This document shows, piece by piece, positions 19,452 to 30,012 of a stretch of 64,000 nucleotides of DNA (the first letter of the stretch is position 1; each line of letters begins with the position of its first letter). This stretch comes from an uncultured Ignavibacteriales bacterium (GTDB taxonomy: Bacteria; Bacteroidota; Ignavibacteria; Ignavibacteriales; Ignavibacteriaceae): the NCBI GenBank assembly GCA_963746735.1, contig CAVVCO010000013.1, forward strand, positions 51,253 through 115,252, given 5' to 3'. The notes under the pieces were generated by a model that was given only the letters and a program-made list of their open reading frames with translations, was not told the origin of the DNA and ran no database searches. The position numbers and the translations under genes were made by a program.

Positions 19452-20585
19452 ATGCGTACTGTTAAATTATTATTGCTGTGCTCTATTTTTATTGTGATTT
19501 CATCAGGTCAATCATATTCATTGCCGCGCTTTGCATTAAGATTAGACGGCAAGTGTATTGATTGCCATGTTAATCCCACCGGCGGAGAAATGAGAAATCA
19601 TGACGGCTGGACCTGGAGTAAGAACTCTTTAGCAATGATTTCTCCTCATAAAGATTTTCAAATGACCAACAGGCTTACTCCCAATATTGAATTCGGATTT
19701 GATTATAGAGGAAATTACTTAGTTACAATGAATGAGAAATATACAAAATCAGATTTCCAAAGAATGGAAGGTTCAATTTATACCAGCGTTTCTCTTGCTC
19801 AAAAAATAGAAGCCTACGCCAGGTATGATTTTATTTGGGGAATTTGGGAGGGATATGGTTTAGCAAAAATTCTCCCTAATAATGGATATATTAAAGGCGG
19901 TTCTTTTATGCCTAATTATGGAATTAGAATAGACGATCATACAGCATATATTAAAGGCGGCGACTTAGGAGTTTTATTCGCAACTGGAAAAAGGCAAGGT
20001 TTAATTTATGATCCAAGATATGTGGAAACCGGTGTTGAAATAGGACAGTATATTTCTAATTATGCTTTTATAACTGCCAGCGTAGGGAACCCGCGTACAA
20101 CTGAGTTTAAAGCAGACCCCACATATACAGCTAGAATAGAATTTACCCCGGAAGTTTCTGATTTGTTTTCGTTATCATTTGGCGGTTCGTTTGCTTCATT
20201 CAAAGACCAAAAGCTGGATAAAAATTTTAAAACAATTTATCCAAATGTAAATATGTTTGGCGGATTTGCCGGGATAAGTATAGGCGAGTTTGTGCTTGAA
20301 GGTGAATTTGATATGGCAAAAGATTATATGCAGTTTGATTCTTCCACAACGGCAATGATGGTGCAGGCGGCTTATACAGTTATGAAAGGAGTGGATGCGG
20401 TTGTCCGTTATGACAGGTTCGATCCAAATATAAAACTAAGCAGTGATGATCATTCAAGAATTGTTTTAGGTTTGGAGATTCAGCCTTACAGCTTTGTGGA
20501 AATTCGTCCGCAGTATCGAATTCAAATGGAACACCCTAATGTTAGAAACAATTCTTTTGTAGCGCAGTTTCATATATATTATTAA
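19452..20585 (+). CDS. Predicted outer-membrane beta-barrel protein with an N-terminal CXXCH motif
   Basis: Signal peptide, CIDCH at 19554-19568, then about 330 aa of alternating beta-strand character ending in an aromatic C-terminus (AQFHIYY). Confidence 0.5.
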   Translation: MRTVKLLLLCSIFIVISSGQSYSLPRFALRLDGKCIDCHVNPTGGEMRNHDGWTWSKNSLAMISPHKDFQMTNRLTPNIEFGFDYRGNYLVTMNEKYTKSDFQRMEGSIYTSVSLAQKIEAYARYDFIWGIWEGYGLAKILPNNGYIKGGSFMPNYGIRIDDHTAYIKGGDLGVLFATGKRQGLIYDPRYVETGVEIGQYISNYAFITASVGNPRTTEFKADPTYTARIEFTPEVSDLFSLSFGGSFASFKDQKLDKNFKTIYPNVNMFGGFAGISIGEFVLEGEFDMAKDYMQFDSSTTAMMVQAAYTVMKGVDAVVRYDRFDPNIKLSSDDHSRIVLGLEIQPYSFVEIRPQYRIQMEHPNVRNNSFVAQFHIYY

Positions 20586-20598
20586 TCCCTTAGTGTAA

Positions 20599-20662
20599 CT
20601 TAGTGTTCTAAGTGTCTTAGTGGTAAAGTTTTTTTCACCACTAAGGCACTAAGTTCACTGAG
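20599..20662 (+). terminator. Long imperfect hairpin built from CTTAGTG repeats (terminator/REP-like)
   Basis: CTTAGTGTTCTAAGTGTCTTAGTGGT - AAAGTTTTTTTC - ACCACTAAGGCACTAAGTTCACTGAG. It begins 14 nt after the stop at 20585. Confidence 0.65.
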
Positions 20663-20763
20663 AATCAGATAGAAAAACTCAAACCATTACAATCTTTCCT
20701 AAAATTATTTCCATATTTAAAGCAACATTTCTTTATCTCATGCATCTTTAAGAAAAAGAAGAG

Positions 20764-21291
20764 ATGGTGGATAAATCTAAAAATCAAATAATCGAATTCA
20801 CTATAGCATTTAATCGATATAAAAATAAAATCTTTAATTACGTTTTAAAGATGATCAACGATAGAATGCTTGTTGAAGACATTGTCCAAAATGTTTTCCT
20901 TAAGTTTTTTGAAAACATGGATTCGATTAAAAATAAAAACAACGTTTCATATTGGCTTTTTGTTACTGCAAGAAATGAAATCTATGGATACTACAGAAGT
21001 AAAAAATCTAAGGTTGACCAATTTAATGTTTACGATACAGAAGAATTAGAAACAGAATTCCAGGAAAATCTTGAAGAGATTTTTGAACTGAAGGAAATGA
21101 AAGAATTAATCATAAAAGAGCTGGAAAATATTTCTATTGAACAAAGAGAACCATTTATTATGAAAGAATTCAGCGGCTTAAGCTACAAAGAAATTGCATC
21201 TATAATGAACATTGATGAGAACACTGTTAAAAGCAGGCTGTATAAAACAAGACAGAAATTAATTGAAAGAATTTCAAAAATGGTTAAATGA
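20764..21291 (+). CDS. ECF-type RNA polymerase sigma-70 factor
   Basis: Region 2 (VEDIVQNVFLKFF...WLFVTARNEIYGYYR) and region 4 HTH (LSYKEIASIMNIDENTVKSRLYKTRQKL). Confidence 0.9.
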   Translation: MVDKSKNQIIEFTIAFNRYKNKIFNYVLKMINDRMLVEDIVQNVFLKFFENMDSIKNKNNVSYWLFVTARNEIYGYYRSKKSKVDQFNVYDTEELETEFQENLEEIFELKEMKELIIKELENISIEQREPFIMKEFSGLSYKEIASIMNIDENTVKSRLYKTRQKLIERISKMVK

Positions 21292-21305
21292 ATTGATTAC
21301 TATCA

Positions 21306-21423
21306 GAGAGTGTTGCAGAATTAATTTTTCTGTCACACTGAGTTCATCGAAGTGTGAATTCTTTCTGTAGATATGGTCTTCGACAAGCTCAGACAGACAA
21401 AATAAAACTTCTGCAACACTCTC
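21306..21423. repeat. Nested palindromic MITE/REP-like element
   Basis: Perfect 15-bp outer inverted repeat GAGAGTGTTGCAGAA (21306-21320) / TTCTGCAACACTCTC (21409-21423). The inner arms are GTCACACTGAGTTCATCGAAG (21332-21352) and CTTCGACAAGCTCAGACAGAC (21378-21398). Confidence 0.7.
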
Positions 21424-21469
21424 GTAAAGCAAGTTCACTATGACATTTAATATGAAATAAGGATTTAAA

Positions 21470-21940
21470 ATGAGTACAGACGACATCAAAAAATTAATAA
21501 ACGAATATTTCGACGACGAGATGAAAAAAGAAGAAGAAGTATTCCTTTTTACAACACTGTCACAAGATGAAGAAGCACGTGAATATTTCAAAAGAATGAA
21601 TCTGCTTAAAACATCTTTGGATAATGTTAAAGAAGATTTCCCTTTAGAGCTGGAAGAGAGAATTTATTATTCACTGGATGATAAAGTTCAAAAAGAAAAA
21701 AGCCTTTTCAATTTCCGCAATCTATTTACAATAGGTTCTTATGCTGTTGCAATAATTTTACTTTTCATAAGCATTATTCTCTTTCTCCAAGTTAGAGACT
21801 ATAAAAAAGATATGGACAATGCAGTTAATGTTATCTCGGCTAAAAGTGAAACCATTGAATTGTTATTACAGAATACTCTTCCCACTGCTGTAATTAAAGC
21901 AAAATTTCCAAATGAAATTATTATTAAATCTAATTTATGA
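21470..21940 (+). CDS. Putative anti-sigma factor (single-pass membrane protein)
   Basis: Lies downstream of the ECF sigma gene. It has a cytoplasmic N-terminal helix region and one TM helix (IGSYAVAIILLFISIILFLQV). Confidence 0.6.
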   Translation: MSTDDIKKLINEYFDDEMKKEEEVFLFTTLSQDEEAREYFKRMNLLKTSLDNVKEDFPLELEERIYYSLDDKVQKEKSLFNFRNLFTIGSYAVAIILLFISIILFLQVRDYKKDMDNAVNVISAKSETIELLLQNTLPTAVIKAKFPNEIIIKSNL

Positions 21941-22683
21941 GGTTAAAAATGAAAACTGTAATTAAACTATTTGCAATTTCTTTGCTGCTGGTGTTTGGCT
22001 GCAAGGAAAAGGAAACAATAGAAGTCATTCCTAATTATGATGAAATATATTTGCCGCTTAACAAAGTTGATTCAACTCCCAAATTGATTGATGGAAATGA
22101 AAAAGCTCTTAACCGATAGAATCAATGAGGAAATTAAAAACTCTAAAATGGCAAGAGACAAATTAGATTAGATTATAAATTGTTAATTGATGAAAATGGA
22201 AATGTTAAAAAAGTTGAAGTTGTTCAGAGTCCGGGAAAGAGTTATACAAATATTGTTGTAAAATATTTTGAAAACTGGAAATTTAAACCTGGAATAAAAG
22301 ATGGAAAAAATGTTAAAGCTCAATACAGATGGTATTTTACAAATGATAATAAATCACACTATAAATAATGTAAATGTTAAATGATTATTTCGTTGCAGTT
22401 GAACAAATGCCCGAACCAATAGGTGGAATTGCAGCAATTCAAAAAAATGTTCACTACCCGGAAATTGCTAAAAGAGCAGGAATAGAAGGCAGAGTTTATG
22501 TAAAGACATTATATTGATGAAAACGGGAATGTTGCAGGAACTGAAGTTGTTAAAGGAATTGGTACTGGGTTGGATGAAGCTGCGGAAGATGCCATATTAA
22601 AAACAAAATTTAAACCTGGCATGCAAAGAGGAAAAAATGTGAAGGTTCAAGTTATGGTTCCTATTCAATTTAAGCTTGAGTAA
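21937..22683 (+). pseudogene. Disrupted lipoprotein with two TonB C-terminal-like domains
   Basis: Lipoprotein signal (LLLVFGC). There are two TonB_C-like segments (LLIDENGNVKKVEVVQSPG...FKPGIKDGKNV and PEPIGGIAAIQKNVHYPEIAKRAGIEGRVYV...IDENGNVAGTEVVKGIGTGLDEAAEDAILKTKFKPGMQRGKNV). These are spread over three frames, with breaks near 22113, 22169 and 22512. Confidence 0.7.
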
Positions 22684-22716
22684 TGATTGAAATTTTATTA
22701 AAAACTTAAATTTAAA

Positions 22717-23034
22717 ATGAAAAGATATAAAATATATTTCCGATTAACGGTCCTCATATTTCTATTATTAACCTTACAACAAGGAGTTTTGGCGCAAATT
22801 AAAAATGAATCAAGATTGGATTCTGCTAAAGCTTTGTTAATGGAAAACAAATATGATGAGACTATAAATTTGTTGAATAATATTCTAATTGAAGATTCAT
22901 CAAATGTTAATGCTTACTATTATTTAAATGTTTGTTACCAGGCTAAATCCAAATATCAAAAAGCTGTGCAAACTTTGTCTAAAGCTTTAAAATATAAGCC
23001 TGGAGATATTAAAATTAATGATCTCCCTTGGTAA
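22717..23034 (+). CDS. TPR-repeat protein, N-terminal fragment (frameshifted)
   Basis: Signal peptide plus the first TPR units. The frame continues into the next ORF if A4 at 23011-23014 is read as A3 (…PGDIKLMISLGN…). Confidence 0.7.
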   Translation: MKRYKIYFRLTVLIFLLLTLQQGVLAQIKNESRLDSAKALLMENKYDETINLLNNILIEDSSNVNAYYYLNVCYQAKSKYQKAVQTLSKALKYKPGDIKINDLPW

Positions 23035-24013
23035 TGATTTATTTGTTTCCGGAAGATTGAGTGATGCGAAAGAAATTTTATCACAAGCTTTAATATTGGA
23101 TTCCACCAATGCCCTTATTCTTAATCCTCTTGGAAAAGTTCTAATGCAAAAGCATAATTGGCTGGAAGCATTAGAAATTTATAACAAGCTTGTAAAAATT
23201 GATTCATCGAATAGTTATTATTTTGAGCAATTAGGAAAGTGCAGTTCAACTCTTGATAGTAAAGATGATGCGATTGTGTACTATCAAATTGCTCACAGGC
23301 TTAATCCCATGAACGAACAAACCATAATGGATTTAAGCCAGCTTTATTTATTAAAAGAAAAACTCATGTCTGCTATGCGAATAATTGATGATGGATTAGC
23401 TGTTTATCCCTCTTCTTCTGCAATGTGGACTATGAAGGGAAAAATATTTTTAGGAATGAAAGAATTTAGCGATGCTATAAAAAGTTATAAAAATTCTATC
23501 GAGTTAGGAGATCCTTCATTATTAAATATTAGAGATATTGGTGTTTGTAATTATTATTTAGATAACTATGACAGTTCAATTGCTTATTTAAATACTGCAA
23601 TTGATATAAATAAAGATGATCCAACTTCACATTTTTATCTTGGGGCTTCATATAAAGAATTGAAAAATTATAGTGCCGCAATTGCAAATTTGACTGCAGC
23701 AGCAGACTTGCTTAAAAATGATTTCACCTCTGAAGTTTATACTCAACTGGGAGCTACATATTATTCAATAAAAAATTATAAGGAAGCATTAAATTGCTAT
23801 AAAGATGCATTAAGAGAAAAGCCGGATAAATTAGAATTAAATTTTTATTTGGCTGTAGTGTACGAACAATATTATAAAGACAAAAGTATTGCCATGAATT
23901 ATTATAAAAAATTTTTTGCAGATTCAGCTAAGACAGATCAGAAGCTTGTTAGTTATGCAAAAGAAAGATTAACCAGTCTGATAGAAGATGATTTTATGAA
24001 TATTAAAAGATAA
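23018..24013 (+). CDS. TPR-repeat protein, C-terminal fragment
   Basis: Multiple 34-aa TPR-like units (AxxxYxxAL...P pattern). Confidence 0.75.
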   Translation: MISLGNDLFVSGRLSDAKEILSQALILDSTNALILNPLGKVLMQKHNWLEALEIYNKLVKIDSSNSYYFEQLGKCSSTLDSKDDAIVYYQIAHRLNPMNEQTIMDLSQLYLLKEKLMSAMRIIDDGLAVYPSSSAMWTMKGKIFLGMKEFSDAIKSYKNSIELGDPSLLNIRDIGVCNYYLDNYDSSIAYLNTAIDINKDDPTSHFYLGASYKELKNYSAAIANLTAAADLLKNDFTSEVYTQLGATYYSIKNYKEALNCYKDALREKPDKLELNFYLAVVYEQYYKDKSIAMNYYKKFFADSAKTDQKLVSYAKERLTSLIEDDFMNIKR

Positions 24014-24141
24014 ATAATTGATTTATAATAATACAAACCCTCAAGATTAAATCACTCAAACTTCAAGATTTAATATATTTAAATATACATAAATCGAATA
24101 TGTGGATTTGTTAATTGAAAACTCGAAGGATTTCTATAATC

Positions 24142-26049
24142 TTATTTTACTAACATCATTTTTTTTGTTTCTATATATGAACCTGCCTGCAGTTTGTAGA
24201 AATAAATTCCGCTTGATAGCTGTGAGGCATCAAATTTTACTTCGTAGCTGCCTGCCGGTTTATCTTCATTAACAAGTGTAGCAACAGTATTTCCAAGAAT
24301 ATCATAAACTTTCAATTGTACGAACTTCATTAATGAAGTTCCTACGGATGGGATGGAATATTTTATTGTCGTTGAAGGGTTAAACGGATTAGGATAATTC
24401 TGACTCAAATTAAAACTTACTGCAGAAACAAAATTCACTTCTACTTCCTGAGAATATTCAAAAGCACCATCATTATCTATTTGTTTTAGTCTATATAAAT
24501 ATTTCCCGGATTCAGTTAGTGATTCATCAACATAAGAATATTGTTTTATAGAATTACTGTTTCCATGTCCATTAACAAAACCAACTCTCTCCCAATTTAT
24601 AGATGACTGATTACCAATAACAGATGTTCTTTCTATTTCAAAACCATAATTATTTAATTCTGTTGCAGTTTTCCAATCAAGTTTAACATTATTATTTAAA
24701 CACTTGGCAGAAAACGAACTTAATTCAACAGGCATTGGATAAGAGGTTATATTCATGATAGCTCTAAATTCATAATCCTTTGAATATGAGCTCCATGTTG
24801 TGCCGTTAAAATTATATGACCTGTTATGCGGATTATTACTTACCACCAAATTAACGGTGTTTGACGGAACTGTGAAGCCAATAAAAAAATCACCTGTTAT
24901 ATCAGAAAGCTGTGTTGAATAAGCTCTCAAATCAATTTTGGTAAAGGGGAATGGATTCGTTAGTGTGGCTTCAGGAGTAACAAGAAAAGGTGTAATTAAA
25001 TCACTTCCAGGCACTCCGTTATTATTTGTCCAGACGTGAAATAACATATCGGAGTTTGATAAATTAGTGTCCATATAGTTTCTAATTAATACAGTTTTTA
25101 AGAAACCGTATAAACCGGAAGGCACAGTTATTTTAACGGCTGCTGCAGTACCGGTTATCGAAGCTACTTCATCAACATTTGCATCATCATAAGATATATA
25201 ATTTCCAGAAATATATTTGAATAATGTTGCCGTAGATGTATCAGTTTGATTTGATGGAACGGCATTATCAATAGCTTTAATTTTATAGCTTACCATCGCA
25301 CCTGCTTCTTGTGCCGGAATTGTAAACGAATATTGATTCCCACTGACATGAGTACCGGCAACAGTAGTTTTGCTTCCGCCATCAACTGAATAGTATAAAT
25401 ATGTAGAGTTGATTCCGGATATATCTGTTATATCAGCAGTACAAATAAAATCTGTTTGTGTTCCCTGGTAATATTGAGGCCCTTGATGAATAACCAAAGG
25501 AGCAGAATTATCTGTTGGTAAACCTAAAATCTCAACATCGTCTATGTACATCCCATCTGCGACAACATATTGATCACTATAAAATCTAAATCTAATTTTT
25601 ACATTCGAGTTTCCAGCGAATCCGCCAATGTTGTAAGTATACTTTTGCCAGGTCGATGATGTGCCGGTAAATTTCGCAATCTGTATAAAAGTAGTTCCTC
25701 CATCTTTTGAAATTTCCAGATACGTGTAATCAAAAGAACTTTCTAAACTGTACTTTGCCCAAAAACTTAATTGTGCACCTAAATAGCTGCTCAAATTTGT
25801 GCTAATGGAAGTTGCAGATGTACTTTGCGAATTTGCGTAGTTTCCGGATGGGCTATCAGTTAAAGAATTTGGTGACGAATGATAACTTGCAGTTGTTAAT
25901 CCCCAGCTTCCGGTTAAGGTCCATTTACTTGTCCCGGAACTAAAATTATCAAAAAAAACTTGAGTCTGCGAATTTGTCCTCTGATTTAATATTAGCATTA
26001 ATGTTAACGCTAATAAGAAAACATTCACTAACCGTAGTGACTTTTTCAT
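24142..26049 (-). CDS. Secreted protein with T9SS C-terminal sorting domain
   Basis: Signal peptide. C-terminal NYPNPFNPSTTIKYSIP...GIYFYKLQAGSYIETKKMMLVK is a typical Por_Secre_tail. The N-terminal region looks like a lectin/MAM-like beta domain. Confidence 0.8.
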   Translation of the reverse strand: MKKSLRLVNVFLLALTLMLILNQRTNSQTQVFFDNFSSGTSKWTLTGSWGLTTASYHSSPNSLTDSPSGNYANSQSTSATSISTNLSSYLGAQLSFWAKYSLESSFDYTYLEISKDGGTTFIQIAKFTGTSSTWQKYTYNIGGFAGNSNVKIRFRFYSDQYVVADGMYIDDVEILGLPTDNSAPLVIHQGPQYYQGTQTDFICTADITDISGINSTYLYYSVDGGSKTTVAGTHVSGNQYSFTIPAQEAGAMVSYKIKAIDNAVPSNQTDTSTATLFKYISGNYISYDDANVDEVASITGTAAAVKITVPSGLYGFLKTVLIRNYMDTNLSNSDMLFHVWTNNNGVPGSDLITPFLVTPEATLTNPFPFTKIDLRAYSTQLSDITGDFFIGFTVPSNTVNLVVSNNPHNRSYNFNGTTWSSYSKDYEFRAIMNITSYPMPVELSSFSAKCLNNNVKLDWKTATELNNYGFEIERTSVIGNQSSINWERVGFVNGHGNSNSIKQYSYVDESLTESGKYLYRLKQIDNDGAFEYSQEVEVNFVSAVSFNLSQNYPNPFNPSTTIKYSIPSVGTSLMKFVQLKVYDILGNTVATLVNEDKPAGSYEVKFDASQLSSGIYFYKLQAGSYIETKKMMLVK

Positions 26050-26437
26050 ATTTTTCCCTTGGAATGAGTCCTTATTTTAGATCTTTGTCTGTACTAGCTA
26101 AATCAATTATTAAGCCAATGGATTTAAATTTAATTTTCCTAATTATTTTGCATGTTTTGAAAGATTTTAAAAATAAATAAACTTTAGGGCTAAACTTTTA
26201 GTAATTAAATCCGATAATAATTCCCGCAGGAAAAAATTACACCTTTATTACCAGTTAATCTTCAAGATATTGGAATGGTGAAAGAATGGATAATAATTTT
26301 CCATCTTCCAATATTCCTTATTGGTATTGTTTCCCTAAATTGAATTATTGAGTAACGCTTTTAGTAAGGAAAAATATAATATTGAGTAGTAAACTTAAAT
26401 CACTTGAAAGCGCACTGATATTTACTATTTTTGAACT

Positions 26438-28279
26438 ATGATAAAAAAATTATTCATTTTTATTCTATTAACTGCCGCTGCTTTCCCTCAGACTTTCCAG
26501 GAGAATAATAACCGTTTTATGCTTGGGCAAAATTATGAGGGTGAAGGGCAATATGATAAAGCAAAAGGAATTTATGAAGACTTATACAAATCGCAGCCGG
26601 ATAACATAGAATTTTTTGAGTCATTAAATCGGGTTTATATCCAGCTAAAAGAATATGAATCATCAATTCAACTAATTGAAGACAGAATCAAAAAAAAACA
26701 AACTGATATAAATCTATATGGGATGCTTGGCAATACGTATTACCTAATGGGGAATGAAAAGAAAGCATTTGAAGTTTGGGATAATGCTCTTGAGAAATCT
26801 AACCCGAATCCTCTTAATTATAGAACTATTGCAAACTATGCAATTCAAAGAAGGGCATTTGATAAGGCGATTGATATTTTAAATAAGGGAAATGAAATTG
26901 CCAGTGATCCAAGAGTCTTTGGCTATGACCTCGGCAATCTGTATTCACTTACAATGCAATTTAAAAATGCAGCGGAAGTTTATTGTTCAATGCTTTCGAA
27001 AGATCCCAACCTTCTTCCAATGGTTCAATCCAAAATATTTTCTTATATCAATAAACCTGATGCATTAAAGCAGACTATACAGGCTGTTGAAGATTGGAAG
27101 GATAAAGATGAAATTGGTTTTTCCTATCTTCTTGCCCGTCTTTATATAGAGGCGAAGTCTTATGATAAAGCTTATGATGTTTATCTTAAAATTGATGAAA
27201 AACAAAATAATCAAGGCACGGATTTATATAATTTTGGAGAAATGCTTCTTAATGAGGGCGAATATAAAACAGCTTCAAAGGCTTTTAATGAAATATTAAA
27301 TAAATATCCTAATTCTTCAATATCTTCAAATGCAAAATTAGGTTATGCAAAAACTCTTGAAGCTGAGCTTAGGCATGAATATTCTAATTCAATTCCTAAT
27401 TGGAAACCTTACTATTCTTCTCAAAAATATGAATCAGACAATATTCAAAAAGTGATAGATGCTTTTAATGATTTAATAAATTTATACCCGCATTCAAATG
27501 TAGCTTATGAAGCTTACTGGCGAATTGGACTTATAAAACAGTATATTGAAAATGAGCCGGATAAAGCAACTGAGTTTTATAATAAAATAATTAAAGAGTC
27601 TCCACTCTCCAATTTTTCAATTGAAGCTTATAATGATTTAGGAAATGCCGCTGTTGCGGATGGTGATCTAGATAAAGCCATTAAGGATCTTTCAGCTATT
27701 GTTAACAATGGAAGAGCTTCAGCGGAACAAAAAAATAGTGCTAAATATAGGCTTGGCCAAATAGATTTTTATAAAGGGGATTTTAAAGCTGCGAAAGTGG
27801 AATTAGCACAGGTTGCCAGCAATCTTAAAGATGACAATGCGAATGATGCAATTGAGCTTTCACTTTTATTGAACACTTCAATCAATGATTCGTCTAATCT
27901 TTTGCTTTATGCTTCTGCAGAGCTTTTGGCTGAGCAGAAAAAATTTGACGAAGCTGCTGAAAAGTATAAGCTTATAGCTTCAAACAAGCAGGCATTTATG
28001 CTTCAAAGCCTTGCGCAAATCAGGCAGGCAGAAATGGAATTGGCTCTAAATAATTATGACAGCTCAATTTCATTATTAAATAAGATTTCCGATGAAAATG
28101 AAAAAAATATTTATTCTGATAAAGCATTATATTTGTTAGGTCAAATTTATGAGTATGGGAAAGTGGATAATTCAAAAGCAGTTGAAGTTTATGAGAAATT
28201 GCTTGCAAAATTCCCAAACTCGCTTTATCTTGATAAGGCAAGAGAAGAAATAATTAAATTAAGAAATAAATTAAGCTAA
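26438..28279 (+). CDS. TPR-repeat protein (periplasmic or outer-membrane associated)
   Basis: 613 aa with a signal peptide and many TPR-like repeats. Confidence 0.7.
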   Translation: MIKKLFIFILLTAAAFPQTFQENNNRFMLGQNYEGEGQYDKAKGIYEDLYKSQPDNIEFFESLNRVYIQLKEYESSIQLIEDRIKKKQTDINLYGMLGNTYYLMGNEKKAFEVWDNALEKSNPNPLNYRTIANYAIQRRAFDKAIDILNKGNEIASDPRVFGYDLGNLYSLTMQFKNAAEVYCSMLSKDPNLLPMVQSKIFSYINKPDALKQTIQAVEDWKDKDEIGFSYLLARLYIEAKSYDKAYDVYLKIDEKQNNQGTDLYNFGEMLLNEGEYKTASKAFNEILNKYPNSSISSNAKLGYAKTLEAELRHEYSNSIPNWKPYYSSQKYESDNIQKVIDAFNDLINLYPHSNVAYEAYWRIGLIKQYIENEPDKATEFYNKIIKESPLSNFSIEAYNDLGNAAVADGDLDKAIKDLSAIVNNGRASAEQKNSAKYRLGQIDFYKGDFKAAKVELAQVASNLKDDNANDAIELSLLLNTSINDSSNLLLYASAELLAEQKKFDEAAEKYKLIASNKQAFMLQSLAQIRQAEMELALNNYDSSISLLNKISDENEKNIYSDKALYLLGQIYEYGKVDNSKAVEVYEKLLAKFPNSLYLDKAREEIIKLRNKLS

Positions 28280-28287
28280 GAATAGTA

Positions 28288-29535
28288 ATGAGTAAAAAAC
28301 AAAACCAGAAAATAGTTAAATGTTCGTTTTGCGGAAGAGACGGTAGTGAAGTCGGCAGCATGATAGCTGGACCGGATGTTTACATTTGTGATATCTGTAT
28401 CGGAAGCAGCGTTGACATACTTAAAAATAATTTAGCTGCGTACAATAATACAAAAGCAAAATCTTCAATAGACCATACACCGGCAACTCTTAAAAAAACG
28501 TTGGATGAGTATGTAATCGGGCAGGATAGGGCTAAGAAGGTTTTATCTGTTGCGGTATACAATCATTATAAAAGAATTAATTCCAAAACATCATTTTTTG
28601 AGCTTGATGATGTTGAAATTGAAAAGAGTAATATCCTTTTAATTGGTCCTACCGGAGTTGGAAAAACTTTATTAGCACAAACTCTGGCTAAGATTTTAGA
28701 TGTTCCATTTGCAATTGCAGATGCAACAACATTAACCGAAGCTGGATATGTCGGTGATGATGTTGAAACAGTTTTAGTTCACTTGCTTCAAGCATCAGAT
28801 TATAATCTTGACCGTGCACAAAGAGGAATTGTTTATATAGACGAGATAGATAAAATTGCACGTAAAAGTGAAAGCACATCAATTACACGTGATGTTTCAG
28901 GTGAAGGTGTACAGCAGGCTTTATTAAAAATATTGGAAGGTACCGTTGCAGGCGTTCCTCCTAAAGGCGGAAGAAAACATCCAGAACAAAGCTTGATTAA
29001 TATAAATACTAAAAACATTTTATTTATAGTCGGTGGTGCATTTGAAGGTATTGATCAAATAATAGCCCACAGAATAAATAAAAATAAAATGGGATTTTTC
29101 TCAGATATAAAACATAAAGTGAATGATGATCAGCTTTTAAATTTTATTCAGCCTGAAGATTTATTGCGTTATGGACTAATCCCCGAATTGATAGGAAGAA
29201 TTCCGGTAACAGCACCTTTGCAGTCACTTTCCGAGGAAGCATTTAAAAACATTTTAACCGAACCCAAAAATGCAATCTTAAAGCAGTATAAAAAATTATT
29301 CATGATGGAAGGTATTGAGCTAGAGTTTGATCCTTTTGCAATTGATGCAATTGTAAAAAAAGCAATGGAAAGAAAAACCGGCGCACGAGCATTGCGTTCA
29401 ATTGTTGAAGACTTTATGCTGGATATTATGTTTGATTTGCCTGCAAAAGAAGATGTTGACAAATGTGTTATTACAAAAGACGTAGTTGAAAAGGGAAGCG
29501 AACCAATTTATATTGAAGATAGGAAATCAGCTTAA
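28288..29535 (+). CDS. clpX: ATP-dependent Clp protease ATP-binding subunit ClpX
   Basis: Zinc finger CSFCGR...CDIC, Walker A GPTGVGKT, Walker B YIDEIDK, sensor GARALRS. Confidence 0.97.
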   Translation: MSKKQNQKIVKCSFCGRDGSEVGSMIAGPDVYICDICIGSSVDILKNNLAAYNNTKAKSSIDHTPATLKKTLDEYVIGQDRAKKVLSVAVYNHYKRINSKTSFFELDDVEIEKSNILLIGPTGVGKTLLAQTLAKILDVPFAIADATTLTEAGYVGDDVETVLVHLLQASDYNLDRAQRGIVYIDEIDKIARKSESTSITRDVSGEGVQQALLKILEGTVAGVPPKGGRKHPEQSLININTKNILFIVGGAFEGIDQIIAHRINKNKMGFFSDIKHKVNDDQLLNFIQPEDLLRYGLIPELIGRIPVTAPLQSLSEEAFKNILTEPKNAILKQYKKLFMMEGIELEFDPFAIDAIVKKAMERKTGARALRSIVEDFMLDIMFDLPAKEDVDKCVITKDVVEKGSEPIYIEDRKSA

Positions 29536-29568
29536 ACTGAATAAAGGTTTAAATTTATTAATGTTTAT

Positions 29569-29605
29569 AAACCCAATTTCTTTGAGAGATTGGGTTTATT
29601 TTTTT
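29569..29605 (+). terminator. Rho-independent terminator of clpX
   Basis: AAACCCAAT-11 nt-ATTGGGTTT followed by a T-run. Confidence 0.8.
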
Positions 29606-30012
29606 GCAGCTTGAAGAAAAATTCATTAAATCAATTAAATGAAATTTAAGTTATTCTTTACTAATGTCTTTAAACGCGGAGGTTGATGTATAGATAATCA
29701 AATATAAACTTATAGATTTTAAATAATAGCAATGGACGTTAAAAATGTTTAACAATTTTATAAAACGAAGAAATCATTTACCTTAATATCTTATTTTACA
29801 AACAATTAATCCTTGTTTTGAACTGATTAAAATTCATTCTCACCTATAAGAAAATAATTTATATCTCCTATTTCATTTTATCTAAATTGATAAAAATCAT
29901 TGGAAAAATTTAATTATTCCCATAAAAACGCTTGGTATAATTATTGGCTTTTTTAGAGCCTCATATAAAAGGGTACATAAATTAATCTAACAAAGAAATA
30001 GACGGTAAAAAA

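Noticed and set aside
21274-21591. Minus-strand ORF of 105 aa spanning the sigma/anti-sigma spacer
   Set aside because: It runs through the palindromic element and is antisense to the anti-sigma start. No support.
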